64,000 bases of DNA from an uncultured bacterium (GTDB taxonomy: Bacteria; Chloroflexota; UBA5177; JANWHV01): positions 800,001-864,000 of the forward strand of contig CAVSOU010000010.1 in the NCBI GenBank assembly GCA_963729625.1, read 5' to 3'. The notes beneath the pieces were generated by a model. The model did no database searches and was not told the DNA's origin. It saw only the letters and a list, made by a program, of their open reading frames with translations. The translations under genes were made by a program, and so were the position numbers. Positions 49,373 through 59,079 of this stretch are shown in pieces (position 1 is the stretch's first letter; every line of letters begins with the position of its first letter).

Positions 49373-50590
49373 ATGGCAGTGACAACACGATCCCTCTCGC
49401 GAGGAATCGAAGTGCGTGGTGGGCAGGTCTGGTCTGCCGTGCTCGTCCTTCTTGGCGCGTGGGGCCTGGCCGCATGGATCTACGAGCTGGCCAACGGACT
49501 TCAGAGCACCGGTATGCGCGACGTCGTTTCCTGGGGCATGTACATCTTCAGCTTCGCCTTCTTCGTCGGCCTTTCCGCCGGCGGGCTGATCGTCGCCTCC
49601 TCCGCCGAGGTGTTTGGCGTGGCGGCGCTCAGGCCCCTGTCCCGGTTGGGCGTGCTGAGTGCGGCGGCGTGTATCACCGTAGCGGGACTGATGATCATCC
49701 CGGATCTCGGGCGCCCGGAACGGATCTTCAACCTCGTGTTGTACCCGAACTGGACGTCACCGCTGATCTGGGACATCTGCATCATCGCCGCGTACTTCGT
49801 GTTCTCGGTGGTCGACCTGACGGTCCTGAGCCGCCACACCACCAAACCAGGGCCATACGGGCAATGGGTTCGCATCCTGGCGTACATCGGCCTGCCGGCG
49901 GCCGTGGCACTGCACTCGATCACGGCCTGGATCTTCGGACTGCAGATCGCGCGCAGCTTCTGGAATACGGCGCTGATGGCGCCGCTGTTCGTAACGTCCG
50001 CCATTCTATCCGGCACGGCCCTCGTGACCGTGATCGCGCTGGTGGTCGAACGCTTCGACGGCGTCCGTCTCGGCATGGACACAAAGCAGTGGCTGCGCAA
50101 GCTCCTGGTAGTGGCGCTGATCGTGGACCTTTTCCTTGTCGCAAGCGACTACCTCACGATCCTGTGGGGCAACGTGCCGCAGGAACGGTCCGGTCTCGAC
50201 CTGATTCTGCCTGGCGGCAGTTGGTCCTGGTTGTTCTGGCTGGAGTGGGTCGTCGGCGGGCTGCTGCCATTCCTGCTGCTGGTGGCGCCGAGGCTGAAGC
50301 AAATGCCCGGATCGCTCGCGGCGGCGGCAACGCTGATTATGGTTGGAGTCTTCGCCTTCCGCATCGACCTGATCGTGGGCGGATTCATCAGCCCGCTGAT
50401 CTCGTACACGCCCGGCATCGCGCTGGGCACCTACGGGTCATCAACTGCTTCGTTCCAGCTCGCCGGCGCGTATCATCCGACCTGGGTTGAGTATGGAATC
50501 GTTGTCGGTTTGGTAGCTCTGTTTGCCGCCATCGTGACCACCGGCTATCGCAGACTGAACGTGATGCACGGCGAGGCACAGGCGCAGTGA
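49373..50590 (+). CDS. NrfD/PsrC-family membrane anchor
   Basis: WGMYI..F.FFVG, DLGRPER, SPLIWD, LHS, about 10 TMs. Confidence 0.92.
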   Translation: MAVTTRSLSRGIEVRGGQVWSAVLVLLGAWGLAAWIYELANGLQSTGMRDVVSWGMYIFSFAFFVGLSAGGLIVASSAEVFGVAALRPLSRLGVLSAAACITVAGLMIIPDLGRPERIFNLVLYPNWTSPLIWDICIIAAYFVFSVVDLTVLSRHTTKPGPYGQWVRILAYIGLPAAVALHSITAWIFGLQIARSFWNTALMAPLFVTSAILSGTALVTVIALVVERFDGVRLGMDTKQWLRKLLVVALIVDLFLVASDYLTILWGNVPQERSGLDLILPGGSWSWLFWLEWVVGGLLPFLLLVAPRLKQMPGSLAAAATLIMVGVFAFRIDLIVGGFISPLISYTPGIALGTYGSSTASFQLAGAYHPTWVEYGIVVGLVALFAAIVTTGYRRLNVMHGEAQAQ

Positions 50591-51213
50591 CGGCCGAAGA
50601 CTCCCGAGCCATGAACGGCAGCGCGATCGCGAATGGGGCCGATTTGCTCGCCCACTGGTGGAGCAGGCCGGTGGCGCAGGAGATAGACAGCTGGATCTCC
50701 TGGCGAGAGATCGCGGCAACCCTGGCGGAGGCGCACGGCGCCGCCTCCGCCGTGGCCGTCCTTTGCTCGCCGGCTCTTGCCGGTGATGTGGAGAACCTGC
50801 TTGCCGAATACGAGCGCCTCTTCGTGGGCCCGGGCCGAGTTCCGTGCCCACCCTACGAGTCCTACTGGCGCGACGACGTACCCGTGCACCTGCGGCGCAG
50901 CCTCATGGGTCCGTGCACCGAGGATCTGCGCCGGATCTACGCGGACATGGGCCTGCGGATCGCGGCAGGAACCGGCGAGATGCCCGACCAGGTTGCGGTC
51001 GAGCTGGAAGGGCTTTCCGTCGCGCTCGGGTCTTCAGGCATGCTCGACGCTGCGAAGCAATTGTACAAGGGCCACATCGCCGTCTGGCTGCCGAAGCTGT
51101 GCCGCGCGGTTGCCCACGAATCCGCGCACCCGTTCTATACGGAGCTAGCCGCGCTGACCCCAGCCTGGCTGGCGCGTGTAGCAAGTCTCACGACGAACAA
51201 CGCGCCTGAGTAG
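50587..51213 (+). CDS. TorD/DmsD-family chaperone
   Basis: EYERLFVGP, PPYESYW, EMPDQVAVELE, HIAVWLP. Confidence 0.88.
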   Translation: MTAEDSRAMNGSAIANGADLLAHWWSRPVAQEIDSWISWREIAATLAEAHGAASAVAVLCSPALAGDVENLLAEYERLFVGPGRVPCPPYESYWRDDVPVHLRRSLMGPCTEDLRRIYADMGLRIAAGTGEMPDQVAVELEGLSVALGSSGMLDAAKQLYKGHIAVWLPKLCRAVAHESAHPFYTELAALTPAWLARVASLTTNNAPE

Positions 51214-51346
51214 TGTCGCATCGGCGCCCTGCCCGGCGAATTCGGAAAATGCACCTCGCGAAGAGGCTCTGTGGTTCGGTTTGCCCGTGACCTGGTTGGT
51301 CCGGCTTTGCGGCAGCGCAGACGCTCGCGACGCGCTGGTGGCTTCC

Positions 51347-51787
51347 TTACAAATGAATGACTTCGACGTCGCGCCAGTGGGCGGCCATTCGCTCGGCCAC
51401 CAGCCGGCGATGGCATTTCTCTGGCGTGGGCTCGCTGCACAGCAGGCAGGACGTCAGCTCCTCGAACTCGGCGCGGTTCAGCGACTCCGGGATTCCCCGA
51501 GTGTCCATCAGGGCCTCGAATCGCTCCACGTACCGGGACCAATCCGAATCGACGCGATGGTCCACAAGCATCTCCTTTGTCGGCGCCAGTCCCGGCATGT
51601 GTACATACTGGCAACCTCCTGCCAATCGTGACAGGAAGTATGGCAAGTCGTCTCTCTTGGCAAACCCCGACAGCTGCCCGTCCGGGCTAATACGAATATC
51701 GACCAGACGTTGGACGCCGTTCCTGGACAGCAGGTCAAAGAAGTCTTCCGCGCGCTTCTGCGTAAAACCGAGAGTGTAGAGCTTCAC
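51347..51787 (-). CDS. DUF488 family protein
   Basis: LYTLGF, LVDIR, LLCSE..PEKCHRRLVA. Confidence 0.85.
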   Translation of the reverse strand: MKLYTLGFTQKRAEDFFDLLSRNGVQRLVDIRISPDGQLSGFAKRDDLPYFLSRLAGGCQYVHMPGLAPTKEMLVDHRVDSDWSRYVERFEALMDTRGIPESLNRAEFEELTSCLLCSEPTPEKCHRRLVAERMAAHWRDVEVIHL

Positions 51788-52184
51788 CAAACCGCTCCCG
51801 ATGACCGACAATGCAGGGTCGCTGGGAAGTCTACCATGAGCGCTCCGGCAAGGGACCAGGCCAGGCAGGTGCAGCGCGGCTTCCTGGGCTCTTGCCTCAA
51901 CAGCCGATCGCAGTTTCCGTCGCAGGATCCATCGGCGCCCCTCGCTTCAGCAGCATAGCCGGTCCACTCGAATCACGCACCTCACGAAAGGGCCATCGAG
52001 GGGCCAGAACCGCGCTTATTCTGGCATTTTGGATGCACTTGCAGGAGGCCAGTCGATCGCTTATAGTGGTAGTGGCTTTTTGGGGTGCCCGCCGACGTGA
52101 CATGCCGCACCGGGTGGAAACACGTAGGCCGGCGGAAGGGACTATCGTAGTGTCTATCAATCGGTTCTCGGAAGGACGTGCACG

Positions 52185-52349
52185 ATGACGCCCAACTTCA
52201 TGAACGCAACGGCCTACGTCTTCCACTGGAACGTCTTTACGGTCGATATTTACATCTCGGCGGCAAACCTCATCGTGATCGGCCTGATGTTGGTGGTCTT
52301 CGCGTTGGCGCTGGTGCTACCTCATCCCGCGGCGGGGAGGTTACGGTGA
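52185..52349 (+). CDS. 54-aa membrane peptide leading the cytochrome b operon
   Basis: MTPNFMNATAYVFHWNVFTVDIYISAANLIVIGLMLVVFALALVLPHPAAGRLR; RBS GAAGGA; GTGA overlap with next gene. Confidence 0.75.
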   Translation: MTPNFMNATAYVFHWNVFTVDIYISAANLIVIGLMLVVFALALVLPHPAAGRLR

Positions 52350-52951
52350 GTCTGACGCGAGATCTCCAGCAGACGCTGGCCAAGACGCTCCCCTACGAGG
52401 AACTGTTACCCGATGAGCAGCCGGCCTACGTACACAGCTATGCCTACCTCTTCGGCGTGGCCACCATTGCGGGTTTCGTGCTGCTGATAGTGTCCGGCAT
52501 CGTGCTGGCCGCCTTCGGGCCGCAGTGGTGGCATTACTCAGGAGCCGGACACTTCTTCAACAGCGTCCATTTCTGGTCGGTACAGGCCTTCTTCTTCTTC
52601 ATGGTGCTCCATCTCTGGACCGCGTTCTTCCAGGCCGCCTGGCGCGATGGGCGCGGCCTGACGTGGGTGGCGGGCATGTTGACCTTCTTGGTCTCGATCG
52701 TCACGGCGTTCACCGGCTACCTTTCGCAGCAGAACTTCGCTTCCCAGTGGATCGCCATTCAAGGCAAGGACGCCATGAACTCCGTCGGCGTCGGCGCGTT
52801 CTTCAACCTGCTCAATTTCGGGCAGATGTACGGTTTCCATATCTTCATCTTGCCCTCGGTGGTTGCTTGCCTGATTGGCATCCACCTGGCGCTCGTGCGC
52901 ATGAAGGGCGTCGTAAAGCCGTATGACGAGCCTGAGGGGGTGCAGCGATGA
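52346..52951 (+). CDS. Cytochrome b N-terminal (b6-like, 4 TM) protein
   Basis: Four heme His: SVHFWS..VLHLW and GFHIF..GIHL; TGYLS; GTG start after GGGGAGG. Confidence 0.88.
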   Translation: MSLTRDLQQTLAKTLPYEELLPDEQPAYVHSYAYLFGVATIAGFVLLIVSGIVLAAFGPQWWHYSGAGHFFNSVHFWSVQAFFFFMVLHLWTAFFQAAWRDGRGLTWVAGMLTFLVSIVTAFTGYLSQQNFASQWIAIQGKDAMNSVGVGAFFNLLNFGQMYGFHIFILPSVVACLIGIHLALVRMKGVVKPYDEPEGVQR

Positions 52952-53937
52952 CGGACCAGAAGAAGCTGTACTACCGCGGCGTCCGCATGGCACCCTACGA
53001 CCTCGTGAAGGAGCTCCTCGTGGCACTCCTGGTGGTGACGGTGCTCGTCATCGTCCTCGCCGCTGTATTCTCGTCGCCCGACGAGCCGCCGCTTACCTTA
53101 CAGAGCGTCGCCCGAACATCTCCGCAGATCTTCGTCCAGACCACACTCGACGAGCTTGACGGAAATAGCGATATCGCCGGCTACGGGCCACCCTATAACC
53201 ATAGCACCGGCTCGGTGCAGTACGTTGGCCCGCTTTCCGTGCAGGATCTCGTCGGCGTGCATATTCCGATTGATACTGCACAGGACTTTGTGCTCGGCCC
53301 CCTCTCGCAGGTTGCGCCTACTAACCTTACCTGGAAGGCAGCACTCGACCAGTTCAATGCCGCCTCGGCGAAGCAGCAGGCGGCTTGGGAGAGCGCCTAC
53401 GATACGGCGCTCGGCAAGGCCACACAGTCGGGCCTCCAGCTCTCCGTTCCGAGTTGTGCCTGCGGCCCAGTTCCCACCATGCTGTCCGCCTTGCTCGAGC
53501 TAGGACAGCAGGGAGCGATGGACGGGCTGTTACTGACGAACGGCCACTTCTACCAGACTGACTACACTCGGCCGCTGCTCTTCATGCAGAACGATGCCGT
53601 GGCCAATCGTGGCGCCCAGCTCGATCTTCAGGGCTCGCAGTGGGGCGTGATGAACGAGACGGGGAACTACCCGGGGCAGGCCTGGCTATGGCTGTACACG
53701 CTGTTCTACCAGGTGCCGCCATACACCACCGCCTGGGCCGCCAACACCGACCTACTGGCGGTGCTCAGCGTCACGATCCTGTCTCTGATCGTGCTGTTCC
53801 TGCCCTGGATTCCCGGCTTGAACCGATTGCCCCGCGGCCTCAAGGTCTACCGACTGATCTGGAAGGATTTCTATCGGGAGCAGAGCGCCTCGCCGCCTGC
53901 CAAGCCTGCGAGCCCGCCCGCAGCCGGAGCGGGGTGA
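52948..53937 (+). CDS. Membrane partner of cytochrome b with a large extracytoplasmic loop
   Basis: YDLVKE plus TM; YGPPYN; YPGQAWLWLYT; C-terminal TM LPWIPGL; ATGA overlap. Confidence 0.75.
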   Translation: MTDQKKLYYRGVRMAPYDLVKELLVALLVVTVLVIVLAAVFSSPDEPPLTLQSVARTSPQIFVQTTLDELDGNSDIAGYGPPYNHSTGSVQYVGPLSVQDLVGVHIPIDTAQDFVLGPLSQVAPTNLTWKAALDQFNAASAKQQAAWESAYDTALGKATQSGLQLSVPSCACGPVPTMLSALLELGQQGAMDGLLLTNGHFYQTDYTRPLLFMQNDAVANRGAQLDLQGSQWGVMNETGNYPGQAWLWLYTLFYQVPPYTTAWAANTDLLAVLSVTILSLIVLFLPWIPGLNRLPRGLKVYRLIWKDFYREQSASPPAKPASPPAAGAG

Positions 53938-54179
53938 TCGTGGACTGGCAAGCGCTCCGTGCGAATGCCCTGCTGTTGCTTGCCACCCTCTGCGGCATTG
54001 TCGGCATGGCGACGGTGTTCACAGCGGCCACGGATGGCAAGCCGAGCGACCTGGTCCTCGGTCTGCCTCTGCTGTTCGTCGGGCTGTGGTGGTCCGGGAT
54101 CCAGCTCGGCCGAAGCCAGGCTGCCGGCCGTGCTCGCCGGGCCGCGAGGCTGCGGGCCCGCTCTCCTGACGGGGGTTGA
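53934..54179 (+). CDS. Small two-TM protein
   Basis: GTGA overlap; two hydrophobic helices and Arg-rich tail. Confidence 0.6.
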   Translation: MIVDWQALRANALLLLATLCGIVGMATVFTAATDGKPSDLVLGLPLLFVGLWWSGIQLGRSQAAGRARRAARLRARSPDGG

Positions 54180-54353
54180 GTCGCTGTGGCCTGCACTGGT
54201 GCAGTCCAGCACCGGCGGCGAGCCAGCACACGGCGCGGCTACGCCGTTCGGGCCGTGCAGGCGTGTGCCCGCAGCCAGGTGACTGTGGAACACGTGAAAC
54301 TGGTCAGTGAACACGGCCGGCAGCAGTGTCCGACGGAGCGACCTGTCTGCTGC

Positions 54354-54466
54354 CCACGCAACGCGCTTCGACAACGTGAGGCCCCGGAGCGGCGCCCGGC
54401 TGGTCGCGGCTACATCCTGCAGATCAACCACGCAACGCGCTTCGACAACGTGAGGCCCCGGAGCGG
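54354..54466. repeat. Exact 39-bp direct repeat separated by 35 bp
   Basis: CCACGCAACGCGCTTCGACAACGTGAGGCCCCGGAGCGG at 54354-54392 and 54428-54466. Confidence 0.9.
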
Positions 54467-54507
54467 GCTTGGGCCGGCGCGGTCGCGAACTCTTCGAAAG
54501 GATAGCA

Positions 54508-55470
54508 ATGGAAGCACCGACCTTTCGTGATGTATTATGGGCGCGCAAGCGCATTCGACCGTATCTTGCTCCGACACCCATGTATCACTACGCTGCCCTC
54601 GACGCGCTGATCGGTGCCGACGTGTGGGTGAAACACGAAAACTACCAGCCGATCGGTGTATTCAAGGCCCGCGGAGCGATCAACTACATGGCACAACTGG
54701 ACCCCACGGCAAAGGTCCGCGGCGTCATTACCGCGTCGACTGGTAACCATGGGCAATCCATTGCCTACGCAGCACAACTCTTCGGCGTTCCGGCCCGAGT
54801 TGTCGTGCCTGACGGAGCTAACCCGAGCAAGGTGGCTGCCATAGAAGCCATGGGAGCGGACGTCATCATCCATGGGGTAACGTTTGATGACGCTCGCAAG
54901 CACGGCGAAGCTCTCGCGCTTGAGCGCGGCTACCTCTACGTGCAGCCATCGAACGAGCCGCTGCTCATCGCGGGCGTTGCGACCGCGTCCCTTGAGATGC
55001 TCGAAGAAGTGCCAGGCCTCGATGCGATCATCGTGCCTGTGGGAGGAGGTACCGGCGCCGCGGGCGCGTGCATCACCGCGAGCGCTCTCAGTCCCTCACT
55101 GCGCGTCATCGCAGTCCAGGCCGCGGCTTCTCCTGCCGCGTTCGAGTCATGGCGAGCGCGGAGCCTTCTCGAAGCGCCCAACCGCACGTTTGCGGAAGGC
55201 ATGGCGACGGGGATCGGTTTTAGCCTGACGCAGGGCATCATGTGGGAAGGGTTGAGCAGTTTTGTGCTCGTCGAAGAGGACGAAATACGACGAGCCATGG
55301 TCTGGATGATCCAGCGCGCCCATACCATTGCGGAAGGGGCTGGAGCCGCCCCGCTCGCGGCGGCGTACAGTATTCGTGAGCAGCTAGTCGGCAAGAAGGT
55401 AGGACTCGTTTGCTCCGGCGGCAACACGTCGCTCGCGCACCTGCGTGCGGCCCTGGACCTGCGCCAGTAG
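54508..55470 (+). CDS. PLP-dependent threonine/serine dehydratase without regulatory domain
   Basis: KHENYQPIGVFKARG, ASTGNHGQ, VPVGGG, EGAGA, SGGN. Confidence 0.9.
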   Translation: MEAPTFRDVLWARKRIRPYLAPTPMYHYAALDALIGADVWVKHENYQPIGVFKARGAINYMAQLDPTAKVRGVITASTGNHGQSIAYAAQLFGVPARVVVPDGANPSKVAAIEAMGADVIIHGVTFDDARKHGEALALERGYLYVQPSNEPLLIAGVATASLEMLEEVPGLDAIIVPVGGGTGAAGACITASALSPSLRVIAVQAAASPAAFESWRARSLLEAPNRTFAEGMATGIGFSLTQGIMWEGLSSFVLVEEDEIRRAMVWMIQRAHTIAEGAGAAPLAAAYSIREQLVGKKVGLVCSGGNTSLAHLRAALDLRQ

Positions 55471-55552
55471 GTCCGCGCGACGTCAGCTCACAGCATAGCA
55501 TTCACGACTTCCGTGCCGCCTCTCGAAGCGCGCTGAGTCATTCAAAGGAGAA

Positions 55553-56191
55553 GTGATGCTGATCGAACATCAGGGCCGGAGCCCTCGCATCGATCCTTCG
55601 GCCTACGTTGCCCCGACGGCTACAGTTTGTGGCGACGTGGTCGTCGGCGCAGACAGCCGAATCCTCTTTGGAGCGGTGCTGACAGCAGAGGGCGGTCCCA
55701 TCGTTGTTGGCTCGCACTGCATCATCATGGAACATGCAGTTCTACGCGGCACGAGACGCCATCCATTGCGGCTGGGCATCCACGTCCTGGTCGGGCCGCG
55801 AGCCTATCTCAGCGGTTGCACTGTCGAGGATGATGTGTTTCTGGCGACAGGCGCCTCGGTATTCAATGGAGCGCGAGTCGGCCAACGCGCTGAGGTGCGC
55901 ATCAACGCTGTTGTACATCTCAAAACGGTGCTTTCACCCGATTCAACAGTGCCTATCGGTTGGATTGCGGTCGGCGACCCGGCGGCGATTCTGCCGCCCG
56001 GCGAGCATGAGCGAATCTGGGCCATTCAGGAGCGACTGAACTTCCCGCGCGAAGTGTTCGGCCTTGAGCGGCCGCGCGCCGGCCAGTCCATCATGGAGCC
56101 GCTTACCAAACGATACGCTCGAGCATTGTCAGCGCACTGCGATGACTTACTCATCTCGTCGGTGGGCGAGGCAGATTCTGTCGACGACTAG
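55553..56191 (+). CDS. Gamma-carbonic-anhydrase-like left-handed beta-helix protein
   Basis: PRIDPSAYVAPTATVCGDV and hexapeptide repeats; canonical Zn His residues absent. Confidence 0.82.
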   Translation: MMLIEHQGRSPRIDPSAYVAPTATVCGDVVVGADSRILFGAVLTAEGGPIVVGSHCIIMEHAVLRGTRRHPLRLGIHVLVGPRAYLSGCTVEDDVFLATGASVFNGARVGQRAEVRINAVVHLKTVLSPDSTVPIGWIAVGDPAAILPPGEHERIWAIQERLNFPREVFGLERPRAGQSIMEPLTKRYARALSAHCDDLLISSVGEADSVDD

Positions 56192-56299
56192 CGCAGGTCA
56201 GGCGTGGCGGGATTCCGGCGCCCGAGGGGCTGTCGGCCTCCGCGTGTCGTTCGAGGGTGGGCATGCAGCGAACGAGCCAAGGAAGCAGCGCGTACAAGA

Positions 56300-56517
56300 C
56301 CGCATACGTGGCGCACGGCCTGCCGGCATACCTCAAGCTGTCGAGCAAGGGGAATAGTCTGAGTGCCTACTACAGTAACGACGGGCTCAGCTACGCGCTG
56401 GTCTCGGGTTCCACCCAGACGCTGAGCCTCGCCTCCAACCTGCTGGCGGCCATGGTCGTCACTTCGCTCGACGCACCTGCTCTGGGGGCCGTGACCCTGA
56501 CTGACGTTACCCTCTAA
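56300..56517 (+). pseudogene. C-terminal fragment of a ConA-like/DUF1349-type beta-sandwich domain
   Basis: PAYLKL...GNSLSAYYSNDG.SY...TS motif with no plausible N-terminal part. Confidence 0.5.
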
Positions 56518-56557
56518 GGCCTAACCGATCGCACGGCAAGAAATCACCAATGCCTGG

Positions 56558-56591
56558 AGGCCCCATCGCATCCTTGGACCGATAGGGCCTC
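56558..56591. terminator. Hairpin between convergent genes
   Basis: GAGGCCCCATCG ... CGATAGGGCCTC imperfect stem. Confidence 0.45.
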
Positions 56592-56610
56592 GTACGAGTA
56601 TCGAGGCAGC

Positions 56611-56850
56611 CTAGTTGTTGCGGAAGAAGTCGGCGTTGACCTCGACAAACTTGACCTTATCCGCCGGAACGTCGTCCAGCGCCATGATCGCGCCGTAGTC
56701 GCACTCTGGAACACATGCTCCGCAGTCGATGCACTCGTCAGGATTCACGAAATACATCTCGGCTTCCGGGGTCGTCTGAATGCACTCGACAGGGCACGCG
56801 GCCACGCAGTTCTCATCTTTTGTGCATGCATCGGTAATGATATATACCAT
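56611..56850 (-). CDS. Dicluster ferredoxin
   Basis: CTKDENCVAACP and CIDCGACVPEC; RBS GGAGGAG. Confidence 0.92.
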   Translation of the reverse strand: MVYIITDACTKDENCVAACPVECIQTTPEAEMYFVNPDECIDCGACVPECDYGAIMALDDVPADKVKFVEVNADFFRNN

Positions 56851-57190
56851 GGTCTTCTCCTCCGAATATGCTTGCTGACACCCACCAGCATTGAACTCTA
56901 CAGAACCAGACTACTCAACCAATGCGATCTTGACACCCGCCATTCTGTACGAATCTGGCTGCTGAACAGCATCTATTGCATGGGCCGGTCCGCGGCGTTA
57001 CAGGGGTCAAGTGGGCATTCCGGTGATGTCAACTGGATCCAGCGTCATCGCGAAACCAGCATTCTCGTCGCGCGAGAGGCGAACGGGATGCTCCCCGATT
57101 CGCGAATCGACGGTGACGCCGCGACGTCGAGCCCGAGGCAGGTGACAAGCTGCTTCCGCAGGATTGGCTACACTGAGGTTCAGGGGGCAT

Positions 57191-58240
57191 GTGAACGACA
57201 GCAGCAACTCGCCGACAGAAAGGCGCAAGCTCGAGCACATCCGCATCAATGTGCAGGAGGACGTGCAGAGCAAGGGTGTCTCCAACGGGTTTGAGGCATT
57301 CCGGCTCGAGCATTGTGCCCTTCCCGAGGTTGATTTTGCCAATGTGTCCATAGCCTGCGAGCTATTTGGTCATGCGCTCGGCGCGCCGCTACTCATCTCC
57401 TCGATGACAGGAGGCGTGCCGCGCGCACAGGAGATCAATCAGAGTCTCGCCCGCGCCGCGCAGCGCTTGCGGGTGGCTATGGGTCTTGGATCACAGCGGG
57501 TCGCGCTGGAAAAGCAGGATGCGGAGATGTACTTTCGCGTGCGCGACCTTGCGCCCGACATCCTGCTCTTCGCGAACCTGGGCGCGGTGCAACTGAATTA
57601 CGGGTACGGTGTGGACGAGTGTCTCCGTGCGATTGAAATCGCCGGAGCCGACGCACTGTTCCTGCACCTCAATCCCCTGCAGGAAGCACTGCAGCCCGAG
57701 GGCGACACGAACTTCGCCGGCTTGGCGGATCGTATTGGCGCCGTCTGCCGCGGACTCGACGTGCCGGTCGTGGTCAAGGAAGTGGGCTGGGGTATCTCCA
57801 GACAGGCTGCCACGATACTGGCCGATCTTGGTGTGGCCGCTATCGACGTGGCCGGCGCGGGCGGAACCTCATGGAGTGAGGTCGAGCGGCACCGCGCGCC
57901 CTCAGAGCTTCGCCGGCGAATTGCCGGGTCGTTCGCCGGCTGGGGTATCAGCACGGCTGAATGCCTGGTCGAGGTGCGGCGCGCGGTGCCGCAACTGCCG
58001 ATTATCGCCAGCGGCGGTATGAGATCTGGGGTCGATGTGGCGAAGGCAATTGCCCTTGGTGCCTCGCTCGCTGGCCTGGCGTCGCCGGTGCTGCGCGCCG
58101 CATCGGAATCCGCCGAGGCCGCCTACGAGGAGTTGTACGCAGTGGCCGAGGAACTGCGCATTTGCATGTTCTGCACCGGCGCTGCCTCGTTGCCAGAACT
58201 CCGTTCACCTGGGCGAATCGTTCGACTGCCTTCGTGCTAG
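57191..58240 (+). CDS. fni: Type 2 isopentenyl-diphosphate isomerase
   Basis: RKLEHI, SSMTGG, LGSQR, HLNPLQE, KEVGWG, GAGGTSW. Confidence 0.95.
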   Translation: MNDSSNSPTERRKLEHIRINVQEDVQSKGVSNGFEAFRLEHCALPEVDFANVSIACELFGHALGAPLLISSMTGGVPRAQEINQSLARAAQRLRVAMGLGSQRVALEKQDAEMYFRVRDLAPDILLFANLGAVQLNYGYGVDECLRAIEIAGADALFLHLNPLQEALQPEGDTNFAGLADRIGAVCRGLDVPVVVKEVGWGISRQAATILADLGVAAIDVAGAGGTSWSEVERHRAPSELRRRIAGSFAGWGISTAECLVEVRRAVPQLPIIASGGMRSGVDVAKAIALGASLAGLASPVLRAASESAEAAYEELYAVAEELRICMFCTGAASLPELRSPGRIVRLPSC

Positions 58241-58368
58241 TACTGCATCAAGGCCTGCTGGTGAAACGGCATATCAGGATCGCTCGGCGACGAGCCACTC
58301 GAGGGGCTGCCACCCTGCCTTGACCGATGACGGCCGGGCCGGTGCACACCAGACGAAAGAAAAGCACG

Positions 58369-59079
58369 CTAGTAGCGCCAGGTCCTGCCGATCCCCCAGT
58401 TCGCGAGCGCCCACCGGACAAACATCAGAGGCACGTTGAGGCGCATGGGCAGCCGGCGAAGCCTTCGTGGAGATGTCGCGATCCAGCTGTCGTCCACCTG
58501 GCACATCGGCACCCCAGTCTGTTGTACGCGGGCAAGGAACTCCCGGTCCTCGGCCAGGCGAAGGTCCTCCCGAAAACCCCGATGCTTGATGAAGAGCGCC
58601 CGGCTACAGAAGAACATCTGAGCCTGGTGCGAGAATAGGCGCTTGCCAAACTCCATCAGACCGAAAAACGCGCGATCCAGCCAATCTTCCGAATCGGCGA
58701 CGACTCGGATGCTGCCGGCGGCGAAGCCCGCTTCGGCGAAGCCCAGTACCTGGGCGGCGAGGTCCGGCGCCATTCGCGAGTCGGCATCCATGAAGATGAG
58801 CCACTCGCCGCGCGCCGATCGTGCGCCCAAGTTCTTCGTCCGAGATACGCCGGCTACAGGTTCAGACGCCAGTAGCACGGCCAGATCCGGCCGCGCGCGG
58901 CGAAATCGATCTATCGCTGCGGCGGTTCCGTCCGTCGACGCATTGTCCACCACGACCGCTTCGATCTGCGCCAGCGGCAATGACTGCGAAGCTACCGAAG
59001 CAAGCGCACGCTCGATATACTCCTGCTCGTTCCTTGCCGGAATGATCACCGAGAGGCGAGGTTCAGTGCCTGCGTTCAA
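58369..59079 (-). CDS. GT2 glycosyltransferase
   Basis: SVIIPARNE, VVDNASTD, FMDAD, AED, TSPRR. Confidence 0.88.
   Translation of the reverse strand: MNAGTEPRLSVIIPARNEQEYIERALASVASQSLPLAQIEAVVVDNASTDGTAAAIDRFRRARPDLAVLLASEPVAGVSRTKNLGARSARGEWLIFMDADSRMAPDLAAQVLGFAEAGFAAGSIRVVADSEDWLDRAFFGLMEFGKRLFSHQAQMFFCSRALFIKHRGFREDLRLAEDREFLARVQQTGVPMCQVDDSWIATSPRRLRRLPMRLNVPLMFVRWALANWGIGRTWRY

Noticed and set aside
54354-54466. Bona fide CRISPR array
   Set aside because: Only two repeats, no leader, no typical terminal motif and no cas genes; kept only as a repeat
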